From positions 23,081-87,080 of the forward strand of contig JAQXAV010000052.1 in NCBI GenBank assembly GCA_029252725.1: a stretch of 64,000 nt of DNA. Reading direction: 5' to 3'. The translations under genes were made by a program, and so were the position numbers. Shown one piece after another: positions 38,156 to 48,326 of this stretch. The notes under the pieces were generated by a model, which had not been told where the DNA came from, made no database searches, and was given only the letters and a program-made list of their open reading frames with translations. The DNA is from Amylibacter sp. GTDB lineage: Bacteria > Pseudomonadota > Alphaproteobacteria > Rhodobacterales > Rhodobacteraceae. How positions within the stretch are numbered: the first letter of the stretch is position 1; each line of letters starts with the position of its first letter.

Positions 38156-38932
38156 TCAACTTTGAATGTCAGGCGTACGCCATCCAAGATGTTGCCCACC
38201 GTCTATGTTTAATAATTGACCCGTCACAGCAGGGCTGTCCAGCAGGTAATTCATCGCTGATACAATTTCCTCCGAATTGGACCCACGTTTTAAGATCGTC
38301 GCTTTACGTTGTTTGTCAAAATGACTTTGGCTTTGTCGCTTACCAATAATTGTAGACCCAGGCGCAATGCCGTTCACCCGAGTGGCAGGAGCCATACCCC
38401 GAGCTGCCGTTTGTGTGAACGCCCACAACCCCATTTTTGCAATGGTATAGGTCATGAAATCCGGTGTTAATTTACGTACACGCTGATCAACAATATTTAT
38501 TACCGCCGAAGTAGCCTTCATCTCACAGTTCTCATCACACTCCGCCTCTGGCACCTGCGCCCCGAAAGCCTGCGTCAAGAAAAATGGCGCGCGTAGGTTA
38601 GAATTTATATGCCGCTCCCAACTCTCAGGCGTCGCCGTATCCAATCCGTCATACTCAAAAATTGACGCATTGTTTACCAACACATCCAATGGCTGACCAA
38701 GCGCCTTTGACGCCAGCTCCACCAAAGTTTGTGTCGCCTTTAGATCTAGCAGATCCGCCTGTATGGACGCCACTTTCACTCCATAAGACGACGCCAAACG
38801 AACCGTTTCAACAGCCTCGTCCACCGATCGGTTGTAATGCACCACCACATTTATCTTGCGTTGTGCCAAAGCCAAAACCAATTCGCGCCCCAATCGCTTG
38901 GCACCACCCGTGATCAGCGCCGCGTGATACAT
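38156..38932 (-). CDS. SDR family oxidoreductase (pteridine-reductase-like)
   Basis: ALITGGAKRLG, VVHYNRS, LVNNASIF, YTIAK, RVNGIAPG. Confidence 0.9.
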   Translation of the reverse strand: MYHAALITGGAKRLGRELVLALAQRKINVVVHYNRSVDEAVETVRLASSYGVKVASIQADLLDLKATQTLVELASKALGQPLDVLVNNASIFEYDGLDTATPESWERHINSNLRAPFFLTQAFGAQVPEAECDENCEMKATSAVINIVDQRVRKLTPDFMTYTIAKMGLWAFTQTAARGMAPATRVNGIAPGSTIIGKRQSQSHFDKQRKATILKRGSNSEEIVSAMNYLLDSPAVTGQLLNIDGGQHLGWRTPDIQS

Positions 38933-39114
38933 TAAACGTCATCCCCGCAGGAACATGTCTCACCCGCCGTGTTGTAGCGTCCACATCTCTCGCATTTCTT
39001 CGCAGCTTTCACTGTTTTACTTTTAAACGGGTTCTTCACCTTGGGCAGGCGGAGGCGCCCAAAAATACCTAACATCATTATGAAGATCAGAAAAAGAATG
39101 ACTACCTTTGACAC
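38932..39114 (-). CDS. Small hypothetical protein, TM plus CxxC...CxC
   Basis: 60 aa, overlaps both neighbours by 1 nt; MSKVVILFLIFIMMLGIFG...KCERCGRY....TCSCG. Confidence 0.6.
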   Translation of the reverse strand: MSKVVILFLIFIMMLGIFGRLRLPKVKNPFKSKTVKAAKKCERCGRYNTAGETCSCGDDV

Positions 39115-39926
39115 TAATTAACTCCATATTGCGCCCAAAGCGCTTGATCTTCGACGCTCGCAATCGCGCTTCCAACAGCTGCTTGCACACCAAAGCGCGA
39201 CAGAAATGATCTCTTTTGCCCGAGTACGTTAAACTGGACCTTATCGCCAAATTTCTTTTGCATAAAAGGTATCAGATGCCCAATACCGTCTGCTAAACCA
39301 TCTTGAACCGCTTTGGGCCCAACCCAAACCTCTCCTGTAAACAAATCACGATCCGCCAACCTATTGCCACGCCGCCCTTCTACATGGTCTTTAAAATTCT
39401 GATGTATTACCCGCTGCAAATCCTTCAGCCGCTCCACATCTTCCGCCCGTTCCTCTCGGAATGGATCGAGCATAGACTTATCTGTGCCCGCCGTGTGCAC
39501 GCGGCGCTCAATTCCCTGCTTTTTCATTAGCCCGGCAAACCCAAAAGAAGCAGAAATCACACCTATAGATCCCACGATGGAACTTGAATCCACGTAGATT
39601 TCATCCGCCGCACAGGCTAACCAGTAACCACCAGAAGCTGCAACATCTTCACAAAATGCATAGGTCTTTACGTCCGTTTCCTCAGCTAATCGCCGGATAC
39701 GCGCACCAATTAACGACGATTGCACAGGCGAACCACCCGGCGAATTAATCAAAAGGGCCACCGCCTTTGGCTTGCCTTTCTTAAACGCCTTCTCCAACAA
39801 AGGTGCCATTCCTACATCATTCAACGCACCGCCATCAAAACGTCCGCTAGGCGAAATTACGCCAGACATTCGAACTACAGACACGGTTGGGTAGCTTTTC
39901 AGCCCAGGTACAAATTTTCGCATCAA
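39114..39926 (-). CDS. S49 family (SppA-like) peptidase
   Basis: INSPGGSPVQS, DVAASGGYWLAC, VGSIGVI, TAGTDKSMLDPF. Confidence 0.9.
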   Translation of the reverse strand: MMRKFVPGLKSYPTVSVVRMSGVISPSGRFDGGALNDVGMAPLLEKAFKKGKPKAVALLINSPGGSPVQSSLIGARIRRLAEETDVKTYAFCEDVAASGGYWLACAADEIYVDSSSIVGSIGVISASFGFAGLMKKQGIERRVHTAGTDKSMLDPFREERAEDVERLKDLQRVIHQNFKDHVEGRRGNRLADRDLFTGEVWVGPKAVQDGLADGIGHLIPFMQKKFGDKVQFNVLGQKRSFLSRFGVQAAVGSAIASVEDQALWAQYGVN

Positions 39927-40047
39927 AGATACATAGGGCCAAACTTCACGGAATTAAACCCAAACAAACCACTCTTTTTGTAAAAATACCTAAATTCAAA
40001 TATCCAACCTTGCCGCCTCTGCGACAAAAGCATACCCGTGATCGAAC

Positions 40048-40983
40048 ATGATTAGAAGTATTATAGCAAAACACTCCAGTAACGGTACAGCCCCCAATCT
40101 TGGGCCAGCCACCGAACGGGACAACTGGCGTGGTTTAAAATGGATGATGCTCTCAGTTATCGCGTCTTCTGCTATGACAATAGCAGCCCGCATCGCGTCC
40201 GAAGAACTCGACAGCCGAATGGTCGTTCTTGGGCGCGGCGCACTAACGCTAATCACAATGCTAGCCCTTCTGGCTGTCTCAACAAAATTGCGCGGAAAAC
40301 TTCAGTTTACTGACTTGCGCGGTCATCTGATCCGTGGATTCCTTATCGCAATTTCCACGCAAATGGGTTTTTACACCATCGCTACCATCCCGCTGGCCAC
40401 CACCACAATTCTCTTCTTCACCGCCCCCATCTTTGCAACGATCCTTGCCATAATGGTGCACGGGGAAAAAATAGGCCCCCGTCGCATCAGCGCAATCGTT
40501 GGCGGATTTGCAGGCGTTCTCATAATCCTACGACCAGGCTTTGACGCACTGGAATTAGGCCTTGTTACTGCAATCGGCTCCTCACTGACCTTTGCCACCG
40601 CACTAACAATGTCGCGAAACCTTTCCAATGCAGACGGCCCAATCTCCACTTACTTCTCCTCGGTAGTGATTATGGTCATTGTCTCGATCCCCATCGCGGC
40701 ACCTGCTATGACCATCCCGAGCTTGAACATCACATGGATTGCAATTTTGACACTTGTTATCACCTCTACCACACGAGGCATCAGCGATATTGAGGCCTAC
40801 CGCCACGCAGATGCAGCGCTCCTAACACCCATCACTTATCTACGCATTGTCCTAATTGGTCTCGCTGCTTTTTTCTTCTTTGATGAAACTCCTGACACAC
40901 CCACCTTGCTTGGCGCCACAGTCATCATCACCGCAACGCTCTATATTGCAAAACGCGAACGGACCCTAAAAAATTCAAAATAA
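40048..40983 (+). CDS. DMT/EamA family transporter
   Basis: About 10 TM segments, FFTAPIF, GEKIGPRR..A..GFAGVLIILRPG. Start position uncertain. Confidence 0.85.
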   Translation: MIRSIIAKHSSNGTAPNLGPATERDNWRGLKWMMLSVIASSAMTIAARIASEELDSRMVVLGRGALTLITMLALLAVSTKLRGKLQFTDLRGHLIRGFLIAISTQMGFYTIATIPLATTTILFFTAPIFATILAIMVHGEKIGPRRISAIVGGFAGVLIILRPGFDALELGLVTAIGSSLTFATALTMSRNLSNADGPISTYFSSVVIMVIVSIPIAAPAMTIPSLNITWIAILTLVITSTTRGISDIEAYRHADAALLTPITYLRIVLIGLAAFFFFDETPDTPTLLGATVIITATLYIAKRERTLKNSK

Positions 40984-41064
40984 ATTTTCTTGTTCCAGAT
41001 CGAAAATAAGCCTCTGCTGGCCCATTTACAAATGCTCTACAAAACGCAATGAGTACTCGTGTGC

Positions 41065-41151
41065 GCGAGCGTGGTGGAATCGGTAGACACGCCAGACTTA
41101 AAATCTGTTGTCCTTATGGACGTGGGGGTTCAAGTCCCCCCGCTCGCACCA
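41065..41151 (+). tRNA. tRNA-Leu (anticodon TAA)
   Basis: Acceptor GCGAGCG/CGCTCGC-A-CCA, D-loop GGAATCGGTAGAC, anticodon loop CTTAAAA, long variable arm, T-arm GGGGG-TTCAAGT-CCCCC. Confidence 0.92.
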
Positions 41152-41259
41152 TATTACTTTTCTCCGCGAAACCATCAATTCGTCACCAATCTCACTTAGG
41201 AGAACGCTGAAACACAGCAAAAAAGATTACCAAATAAACTTTCAATGTTCCAAAAACAT

Positions 41260-42225
41260 CTAACGCCCTCGCATCCGTGGATCGAGCGCATCGCGCAAGC
41301 CATCACCGATATAGTTCACTGACAGCACTGTAAGTGAAATAAGCAATCCTGGTAAAAATACTCTCTCAGGATAAAGGTCCATCCTCTGCACCGCATCAGC
41401 CAACAACTTACCCCAAGTCGGAAAATCTGATGGGAAACCAACCCCGAGAAACGACAGCGCACTTTCTGTAATGATCGCCACAGCTAACCCTAGCGTAGCA
41501 GACACCATGATTGGTGACAGCACATTTGGTAGCAAATGGCGCATAATAATATTACCGGGTTTTGTACCGATGGAGTGGGCCGCCAGTACGAATTCTCGTT
41601 CTTTCAACGCCAATACATCCGCTCTCACAATTCGAGCCGTCTGCATCCAACTAGTGATCCCAACCACACTAACAATCAAAATAAACATGCCAGTTTCAAT
41701 ACCAAATGTTTTGCTCAACTTTTCACGAAACAAAGTAACAGCTACCAGTAGGATCGGCAGCAATGGCAGGGACAACATCAGATCAGTAAACCGCATCAAT
41801 ATAAAATCGAGCCGTTTAAAAAAGCCCGACAACACCCCCACAGTGGTGCCTAGCAATAATGACAATATCATGGCTGCCCAACCTACTGCCATAGATGCGC
41901 GACCCCCTTCAATCATCTGGCTCAGCAAGTCACGGCCCAACTGATCCGTTCCAAGCGGATGATTCCAGGCTACCTTGGCTTCATCATCGAACAGCCCCCA
42001 AATGATCGGTCTCATATCTTTAGCTCGAATATCTAACTTGGTGGCCTCTACGGTCCAAATAGCGGGTCCGATCAAAACAAATAGCGTTATAAATAAAAGG
42101 AACCCGCCACCCATGACAGCACCTTTATGCTGTTTGAACTGGCGCCAAATATCTTGCATCTGGCTCGTAGGAGGTGCAACAGGCGCGACTTCGGGAAGAG
42201 AATTATTTGAGCTTGTATCAGTCAT
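41260..42225 (-). CDS. Peptide/opine ABC transporter permease (OppC/DppC-like)
   Basis: HPLGTDQLGRD, AR..RADVLALKEREFV.AA, RHLLPN, ESALSFLG, NYIGDGLRDALDPR. Confidence 0.9.
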   Translation of the reverse strand: MTDTSSNNSLPEVAPVAPPTSQMQDIWRQFKQHKGAVMGGGFLLFITLFVLIGPAIWTVEATKLDIRAKDMRPIIWGLFDDEAKVAWNHPLGTDQLGRDLLSQMIEGGRASMAVGWAAMILSLLLGTTVGVLSGFFKRLDFILMRFTDLMLSLPLLPILLVAVTLFREKLSKTFGIETGMFILIVSVVGITSWMQTARIVRADVLALKEREFVLAAHSIGTKPGNIIMRHLLPNVLSPIMVSATLGLAVAIITESALSFLGVGFPSDFPTWGKLLADAVQRMDLYPERVFLPGLLISLTVLSVNYIGDGLRDALDPRMRGR

Positions 42226-43255
42226 ATCGGATCCTTGGGTCAAGCACACCGTAAAGGACATCAGCAATCAGGTTAAATAGAACAATCAGGATCGCAAAGA
42301 TGAAAGTAAAAGTCATCACCGTTGGAATATCACTGGCGAACAGCGCGATCAGCAACTGATACCCCAGCCCATTTACGGCAAACACGTTTTCTGTAATGAT
42401 CGCACCACCAAAGATTGCAGGAACTCCTAAGGCGATGACTGTAACCACAGGGATCATAGAGTTACGCAGCACGTGTACCATGATGACAACGCTCTCTTTC
42501 AAACCCTTAGCACGCGCTGTACGCACATAATCCTGCATGAGATTATCGAGCATGGCAGAACGCATATATCGACTGATCTGCGCCGTGGTTTGCAAGGCCA
42601 ACACCATTACAGGCAGAACCATCTGTTTTAACTGCAACACGAAAGTATTCCAGTCCACTACATCCAGAACCGTGTTGTATTTCGATGGCAACCAACCTAG
42701 CTGCACAGCAAAAATCCAAATCAACAGCGGCCCTGTGAAAAACGGTGGAATAGAAAAGCCGATCATAGTTACAAAGGTACCTGTTTGATCGAAAACTGAG
42801 TAATGTCGATACGCCGAATAAATCCCGATCGGTAGTGCAATTGCCACACCAACGACATATGACATGCCCACAACCCAGAAAGTTTGTGGTAACGACTGTA
42901 TCACCAAATCCATCACAGGCCCACGAGTTTGCCAAGAAATCACACGCAACTTGCCCTCTGAAAATGTGGCGTCAGGCAACCAACCCGCCCACCAAGTGTT
43001 GGCTGTCGCCCAGTCTACAAACACCAGTGGTTCAATCCAGAAGAATTGTACCAACCATTTCCAGTATTGAACATATACGGGCTGACCCAGACCCAGCGCC
43101 TCGCGCATCTTTTCCTTTACCTCGGGAGGCACGGTAAGTGGCACCTGAGCCATCGGATCACCTGGTGATAACTGCAGTAGCATGAAAATAGCCAGAGAGA
43201 TAAACAAAAGTGTCGGGATCGACAGGAATAGCCGGCGGATAGTGAAAGTCAGCAT
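42218..43255 (-). CDS. Peptide/opine ABC transporter permease (OppB/DppB-like)
   Basis: PGDP, DYVRTARAKGL, HVLRN, ITENVF, NLIADVLYGVLDPRIRY. Confidence 0.9.
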   Translation of the reverse strand: MLTFTIRRLFLSIPTLLFISLAIFMLLQLSPGDPMAQVPLTVPPEVKEKMREALGLGQPVYVQYWKWLVQFFWIEPLVFVDWATANTWWAGWLPDATFSEGKLRVISWQTRGPVMDLVIQSLPQTFWVVGMSYVVGVAIALPIGIYSAYRHYSVFDQTGTFVTMIGFSIPPFFTGPLLIWIFAVQLGWLPSKYNTVLDVVDWNTFVLQLKQMVLPVMVLALQTTAQISRYMRSAMLDNLMQDYVRTARAKGLKESVVIMVHVLRNSMIPVVTVIALGVPAIFGGAIITENVFAVNGLGYQLLIALFASDIPTVMTFTFIFAILIVLFNLIADVLYGVLDPRIRYD

Positions 43256-43314
43256 TGACGTCTCAGTTCATTTTTAGTGGCGCTTAAAACTAAACAACCG
43301 CCCTGGACTTGATA

Positions 43315-43345
43315 CGGGGCCCTGCGTATCCAACGCAGGGCCCCG
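43315..43345 (-). terminator. 13-bp hairpin after the peptide-binding gene (stabiliser or attenuator)
   Basis: CGGGGCCCTGCGT-ATCCA-ACGCAGGGCCCCG perfect inverted repeat. Confidence 0.7.
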
Positions 43346-43371
43346 ACGTTCTAGTTAACAGCTTGAATGGC

Positions 43372-45075
43372 TTACTTGATGCGATGCCAATCTGCCGCAT
43401 TCCACAACTCACTGTCGAAAACGTTCAAAACAACGCCGCCGAGGCTATTAGCGTGCGCGGAAACGCGACCACGATCCACTAGAGGAACAATTGTCATGCT
43501 TTCTTTGGTCAACATGTCATTCATCTTTTTGGCAATCTCACCGCGCTTGTTCAAGTCACCAGTTACGGCTAACTCATCGATGAGCTTGTCATATTCTGGA
43601 TCACAGAAACGGTTAATGTTTTCACCTTGCCACTGACTAGATGGCTTTGGCTCGTTACCACACCGATACGCTGCAAGGTAAGCTTGCGGATCTGTTCCGT
43701 CGAACACGTTGGCGTACATTTCTACATCAGCGTAGAATTTTTGGAATGTGTCAGGAGAACCTGGATCACCACCAAAAAACACAGACGCATCAAGATTGCG
43801 CAACTCTGTTTCCACACCGATTTCAGACCACCACTGCTTAATCAATGCTTGGAAATCCTGACGCACGGCGTTTGTCGACGTCTGGTATAAAAGGGATAAT
43901 TTCATACCATCTTTTTCGCGAATGCCATCACCATCAGTGTCAGCCCAACCCGCTTCATCCAACAGCGCTTTCGCACCTTCGATATCCTGTGTCAGACACC
44001 CAGTATTGTCAGATGCATAGATCGCAGGAGCAGGAACCAGGTTGCATGTCGGACGACCTGCTGGACCGTAACCAACTTCAACCAAAATATCACGGTCAAT
44101 AGCTTTGGACAGCGCTTCGCGAACACGAATATCGCTCAGGATTGGGTGTGGTTCAGCCACTGTCGCCCGCGTTTCCGCCGGCAAGTCTGATGATGGGTTG
44201 GTGAGGTTCATCTCGATACGCTCAACCAGCGCACCAAAAGCAGAGATTGCTTTACCTTTGCCACCTTCTTGCATCTTCGCAATCACATCTGGTGCCAATT
44301 GCAAATTCCAACCGTAATCAAATTCACCAGTTTCAAGAACGGCACGACCAGAAGCTTCAGCGGAACCACCACCTTTAAAGGTTAAAGACGCAAACGCTGG
44401 CTTTGCTGGGTCACGGTAATTCGGATTCGCAGACATTTGAATTACGTCATTTGGACGAAATTCATCTACGACAAATGGACCTGTACCGATTGGTCCAAAG
44501 TTAGCTTCCGTACACTCTGGCGCTTTCGCACCCGTGCAGTCAGCAAATTGTGCTGCCTGAATAATGGGGGACTGGCCACCCATGAACGGACCGTAGGGGT
44601 TTGGCTTTGGCGCACTAAATGTGACTTTAACAGTTAGATCATCTATCGCCTCAACGCTTGTCACACCATCGAACTTGGCCAACTGCGCACAACCACCATC
44701 CGGGTTCATGCAATAATCAGCAGTAAATTTCACATCAGCAGATGTGACAGCAGATCCGTCGGACCATTTGAGGCCCTGCTTCAGTTTCCAGGTGATAGAT
44801 GTCAGGTCTTTAGAAACCCCACCATTTTCAACGGTTGGGATTTCAGAAGCCAAATACGGAATAGGCGCGCCGTCTTGGTCATAACGACCCATCGGCTCGA
44901 TTACTAAACTGGATGACTCGATATCCTTCGTGCCACCAGACAGATACGGATTTAAAATAGAAGGCGCTTGCCAATAAATGATGCTCACGTTGCCATCTGA
45001 ACCACGCTCAGCGGCTGCCATGGACGCCATCGAAAGCGCTAATGCACTCGCCAATGTCAAAGATTTCTTCATCAT
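43372..45075 (-). CDS. Peptide ABC transporter substrate-binding protein (family 5)
   Basis: Signal peptide, LKWSDG..VTSADVKFT, PIGTGPF, VREALSKAIDR. Confidence 0.9.
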   Translation of the reverse strand: MMKKSLTLASALALSMASMAAAERGSDGNVSIIYWQAPSILNPYLSGGTKDIESSSLVIEPMGRYDQDGAPIPYLASEIPTVENGGVSKDLTSITWKLKQGLKWSDGSAVTSADVKFTADYCMNPDGGCAQLAKFDGVTSVEAIDDLTVKVTFSAPKPNPYGPFMGGQSPIIQAAQFADCTGAKAPECTEANFGPIGTGPFVVDEFRPNDVIQMSANPNYRDPAKPAFASLTFKGGGSAEASGRAVLETGEFDYGWNLQLAPDVIAKMQEGGKGKAISAFGALVERIEMNLTNPSSDLPAETRATVAEPHPILSDIRVREALSKAIDRDILVEVGYGPAGRPTCNLVPAPAIYASDNTGCLTQDIEGAKALLDEAGWADTDGDGIREKDGMKLSLLYQTSTNAVRQDFQALIKQWWSEIGVETELRNLDASVFFGGDPGSPDTFQKFYADVEMYANVFDGTDPQAYLAAYRCGNEPKPSSQWQGENINRFCDPEYDKLIDELAVTGDLNKRGEIAKKMNDMLTKESMTIVPLVDRGRVSAHANSLGGVVLNVFDSELWNAADWHRIK

Positions 45076-45433
45076 ACGTAGGGTTCTCCCAATTGATTAT
45101 TGTTAAGATCGGTGCTCTTAAACAAGCGCGGCCTTTAAGCGGAGTTTTCCAAGTTCGAGCACCCTCGAAAAAAGGAAAACACGACGTGACTAACACACGT
45201 CTTTTGGCGTTCTTGCAACACTTTCTCCCCAAGAGCAAAGTTTTGAAACTGATTCCAAAACTGCAGATCGTGCGGTGATTTAAAACGATAAAGAAATGAT
45301 TTACAATGACTTTCCTTTTTTTATCATCTTTCATGATAAAACGTAACAGTAGGACACATCAGTGCAGCCACCGCTTGACGCACGCTACGCTAACGAACAC
45401 AGTCACGGAATCATTATATGCAGAAAGAGATCT

Positions 45434-46588
45434 ATGCCCGACGCTTATACCCCCTTTGAAATGCTGGAAAAACTGATTGGCTTCAACACAGTGTCAGATC
45501 GCTCGAACTTACCCTTAATTGACTTTGTAGAAGATTATCTGACGCAGCATGGTGTTCAATCGAAACGCGTTTACAATAGCACGGGGGATAAATCGAACCT
45601 CTATGCACACATCGGCCCAATGATTGAAGGTGGAGTTATTCTTTCAGGGCACACGGATGTGGTCCCTGTGGAGGGGCAAGATTGGTCCACAGACCCTTGG
45701 ACCGTTGTGGAAAAAGATGGTAAATATTTTGGTCGCGGCACCTGCGACATGAAAGGTTTTCTTGCCATAGTGCTAGCCTATGTGCCCCAAATGATTGCCG
45801 CAGATCTACAAACTCCGATCCAAATTGCGCTTTCCTACGATGAAGAAGTCGGCTGCGAGGGAGTGATACCGATGGTCAAAGAGCTTGCAAGTATTATGCC
45901 CAAGGCCGCCATGTGCATCGTTGGTGAACCCTCTGATATGAAGGTTGTTACTGGCCACAAAGGTGGTATTGGCTTTTATACCGAAGTTACAGGGTACGAG
46001 GTACACTCTTCGCTCGCCCACATCGGCGTTTCTGCTGTAATGACCGCAGCAACACTTGTTGAATGGCACAACAAAAAAAATGAAGACGCCGTTGCCAATC
46101 AAGATCCAAAGAATAAATTCGTGCCCCCCTTTCCAACTTATCACGTAGGCAAGATTCAAGGCGGCACAGCAGGAAACATCACGGCCAAGACTTGTACTTT
46201 CATCAACGATTTCCGCCTCCTTCCTACGCAAAATGCCGAAGCCGAAGCCGAGGCATACATGGCTTTCGCAGCCAAATTAGACGCAAAAATCAAAAGCATC
46301 CGTCCAGAAGCAGGCATCAAGGTAACGCCCAAATTTGGAGTTCCTGGCCTACGGCCTGAAGAACATGGAGCAGCAGAAACATTAGTGCGTCGACTTACTG
46401 GTGATAATTCTATCAATGTGGTTAGCTATGGTACCGAAGCAGGCCATTTCCAAACCGAAAGCATCTCCACCGTCATATGCGGACCCGGCTCTATTGACCA
46501 AGCCCACCAAGCAGATGAATACATCACCGTCGACCAATACAATCAGGGCGCTAAGTTCCTGCGTAACTTAATTTCTGATCTATCTTGA
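45434..46588 (+). CDS. argE: Acetylornithine deacetylase (M20)
   Basis: LSGHTDVVP, GRGTCDMKGF, SYDEEVGC, GEPS, AHSS-like VHSS, YGTEAG, GPGSIDQAHQADE. Confidence 0.8.
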   Translation: MPDAYTPFEMLEKLIGFNTVSDRSNLPLIDFVEDYLTQHGVQSKRVYNSTGDKSNLYAHIGPMIEGGVILSGHTDVVPVEGQDWSTDPWTVVEKDGKYFGRGTCDMKGFLAIVLAYVPQMIAADLQTPIQIALSYDEEVGCEGVIPMVKELASIMPKAAMCIVGEPSDMKVVTGHKGGIGFYTEVTGYEVHSSLAHIGVSAVMTAATLVEWHNKKNEDAVANQDPKNKFVPPFPTYHVGKIQGGTAGNITAKTCTFINDFRLLPTQNAEAEAEAYMAFAAKLDAKIKSIRPEAGIKVTPKFGVPGLRPEEHGAAETLVRRLTGDNSINVVSYGTEAGHFQTESISTVICGPGSIDQAHQADEYITVDQYNQGAKFLRNLISDLS

Positions 46589-46598
46589 GGATTCCCCG

Positions 46599-47771
46599 AT
46601 GCCATTGATCAACCGTTTTGCCGAAACACACGCATCGCTCACCGTAATACGTCGCGATTTGCACGAACACCCTGAGCTACAATTCGATTGTCACCGCACT
46701 GCAAACATTATCGCTGAAAAACTTCGCGAATGGGGCTGTGACGAAGTAAAAACGGGCATAGGCCAAACAGGTGTGGTCGGCGTGATCAAAGGCAAACAGA
46801 GCGCCTCAGGCAAAGTCATCGGCCTTCGCGCCGACATGGATGCCCTACCAATATTCGAAGCAACGGGCCTACCCTACGCTTCTAAAACTAAGGGCAAAAT
46901 GCATGCCTGTGGCCACGATGGTCACACCGCAATGTTGCTTGGAGCCGCGCAGTATCTATGTGAAACTCGTAATTTCGACGGTACTGCAGTTGTAATTTTC
47001 CAACCCGCCGAAGAAGGCGGTGGCGGTGGTCGTGAAATGGTCAAGGACGGCATGATGGAGGAGTTTGATATTCAAGAGATCTATGGCATGCACAACTGGC
47101 CTGGTGTTCCTGTTGGCAAATTCGGTATCCGCCCCGGCCCATTCTTTGCTGCTGCTGACCTGATACAAATCGACGTCACCGGCAAAGGAGCACACGCTGC
47201 CAAGCCCCAGGATGGCGTTGACACCACAGTCGTTGCAGCACACATTGTCATCGCACTCCAGACCATTTCATCTAGAGTTGCAAATCCCCTGGATCCCATT
47301 GTAGTCTCTGTCACCAGTTTTGAAACTGAAAGCAAAGCTTTTAACGTCATCCCAGAGAAGGTCGAGCTGCGCGGAACGGTTCGTACACTGTCACTCAACA
47401 TGCGTGACATAGCGGAAGAGCAGATCAAACGGATTGCTGAAAATACCGCTTCAGCCTTTGGCGCAAAGGCAAAGGTTACCTACAATCGCAACTACCCTGT
47501 CATGGTGAACCATGCAGATCAAACAAATTTTATGGCAGACGTAGCTAAGTCAGTAGTCGGTGAACAAAACGTTGAAACAAATATGGAACAAACAATGGGA
47601 GGCGAAGATTTCGCCTTTATGTTAGAAGCACGCCCTGGTGCATATATCCTGTGCGGCAACGGCGAAGGCGCGATGGTTCACCACCCTGAATACAACTTCA
47701 ACGACGAGGCTATTCCGACTGGCTGTTCCCTTTGGGCGAATATAATCGAACAGGGGATGCCAGCAGCGTAA
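46599..47771 (+). CDS. M20 amidohydrolase (hippurate-hydrolase-like)
   Basis: RRDLHEHPEL, LRADMDALP, MHACGHDGH, QPAEE, GMHNWP, EDFAF, LHH-like VHHPEY. Confidence 0.9.
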   Translation: MPLINRFAETHASLTVIRRDLHEHPELQFDCHRTANIIAEKLREWGCDEVKTGIGQTGVVGVIKGKQSASGKVIGLRADMDALPIFEATGLPYASKTKGKMHACGHDGHTAMLLGAAQYLCETRNFDGTAVVIFQPAEEGGGGGREMVKDGMMEEFDIQEIYGMHNWPGVPVGKFGIRPGPFFAAADLIQIDVTGKGAHAAKPQDGVDTTVVAAHIVIALQTISSRVANPLDPIVVSVTSFETESKAFNVIPEKVELRGTVRTLSLNMRDIAEEQIKRIAENTASAFGAKAKVTYNRNYPVMVNHADQTNFMADVAKSVVGEQNVETNMEQTMGGEDFAFMLEARPGAYILCGNGEGAMVHHPEYNFNDEAIPTGCSLWANIIEQGMPAA

Positions 47772-48326
47772 CCTTTACTTAACATACCTGAGGTGCTTCC
47801 AGCAGAACCAATCTCACAATCCATCGCATTTACGTGCCACCACTCGATGTCTTGGCTTGAGCAGTCCACAATGCATAACGCAAATGTTTTTGTTGCTGCA
47901 AGACCGGAAAACCACAAGCAATCTTGCAGCAAGCATGAAAATGCAGCCCAACACGCTGACCCCACTTTAAAAAGGGCTGGAGGCTTTTTACCATATGAGC
48001 CGTGTCCACTGAACGTAAGTTCCACATCAAGCTAATTCATCAGTTTAGGATCTTAAAAACACTTCCCAGTTATTTAACTTGGCCATGAATAAAGCGTAGG
48101 GCTTTAAACTCACCAAATCTATCTTCACACTTATATAGCACAGCTAAAAGAGAAAGTTCACACTGTCAAAACGAGCCTACAACTCTGACTAAAAATAGAA
48201 CGTATTTTTACTTACCACCGGGAGTAAAATAGCGATACAACAGAAGGCTTCAACATATTTAGCCAAACCTTCAAGAATAGCGTCATAGGAAAAAACCTAA
48301 TCTAGTTAGACAAACTTTAAAACTGT

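Noticed and set aside
41065-41151. tRNA-Leu as an integration site for an island
   Set aside because: No integrase nearby, no duplicated tRNA 3' end noticed, and flanking genes are ordinary chromosomal genes.
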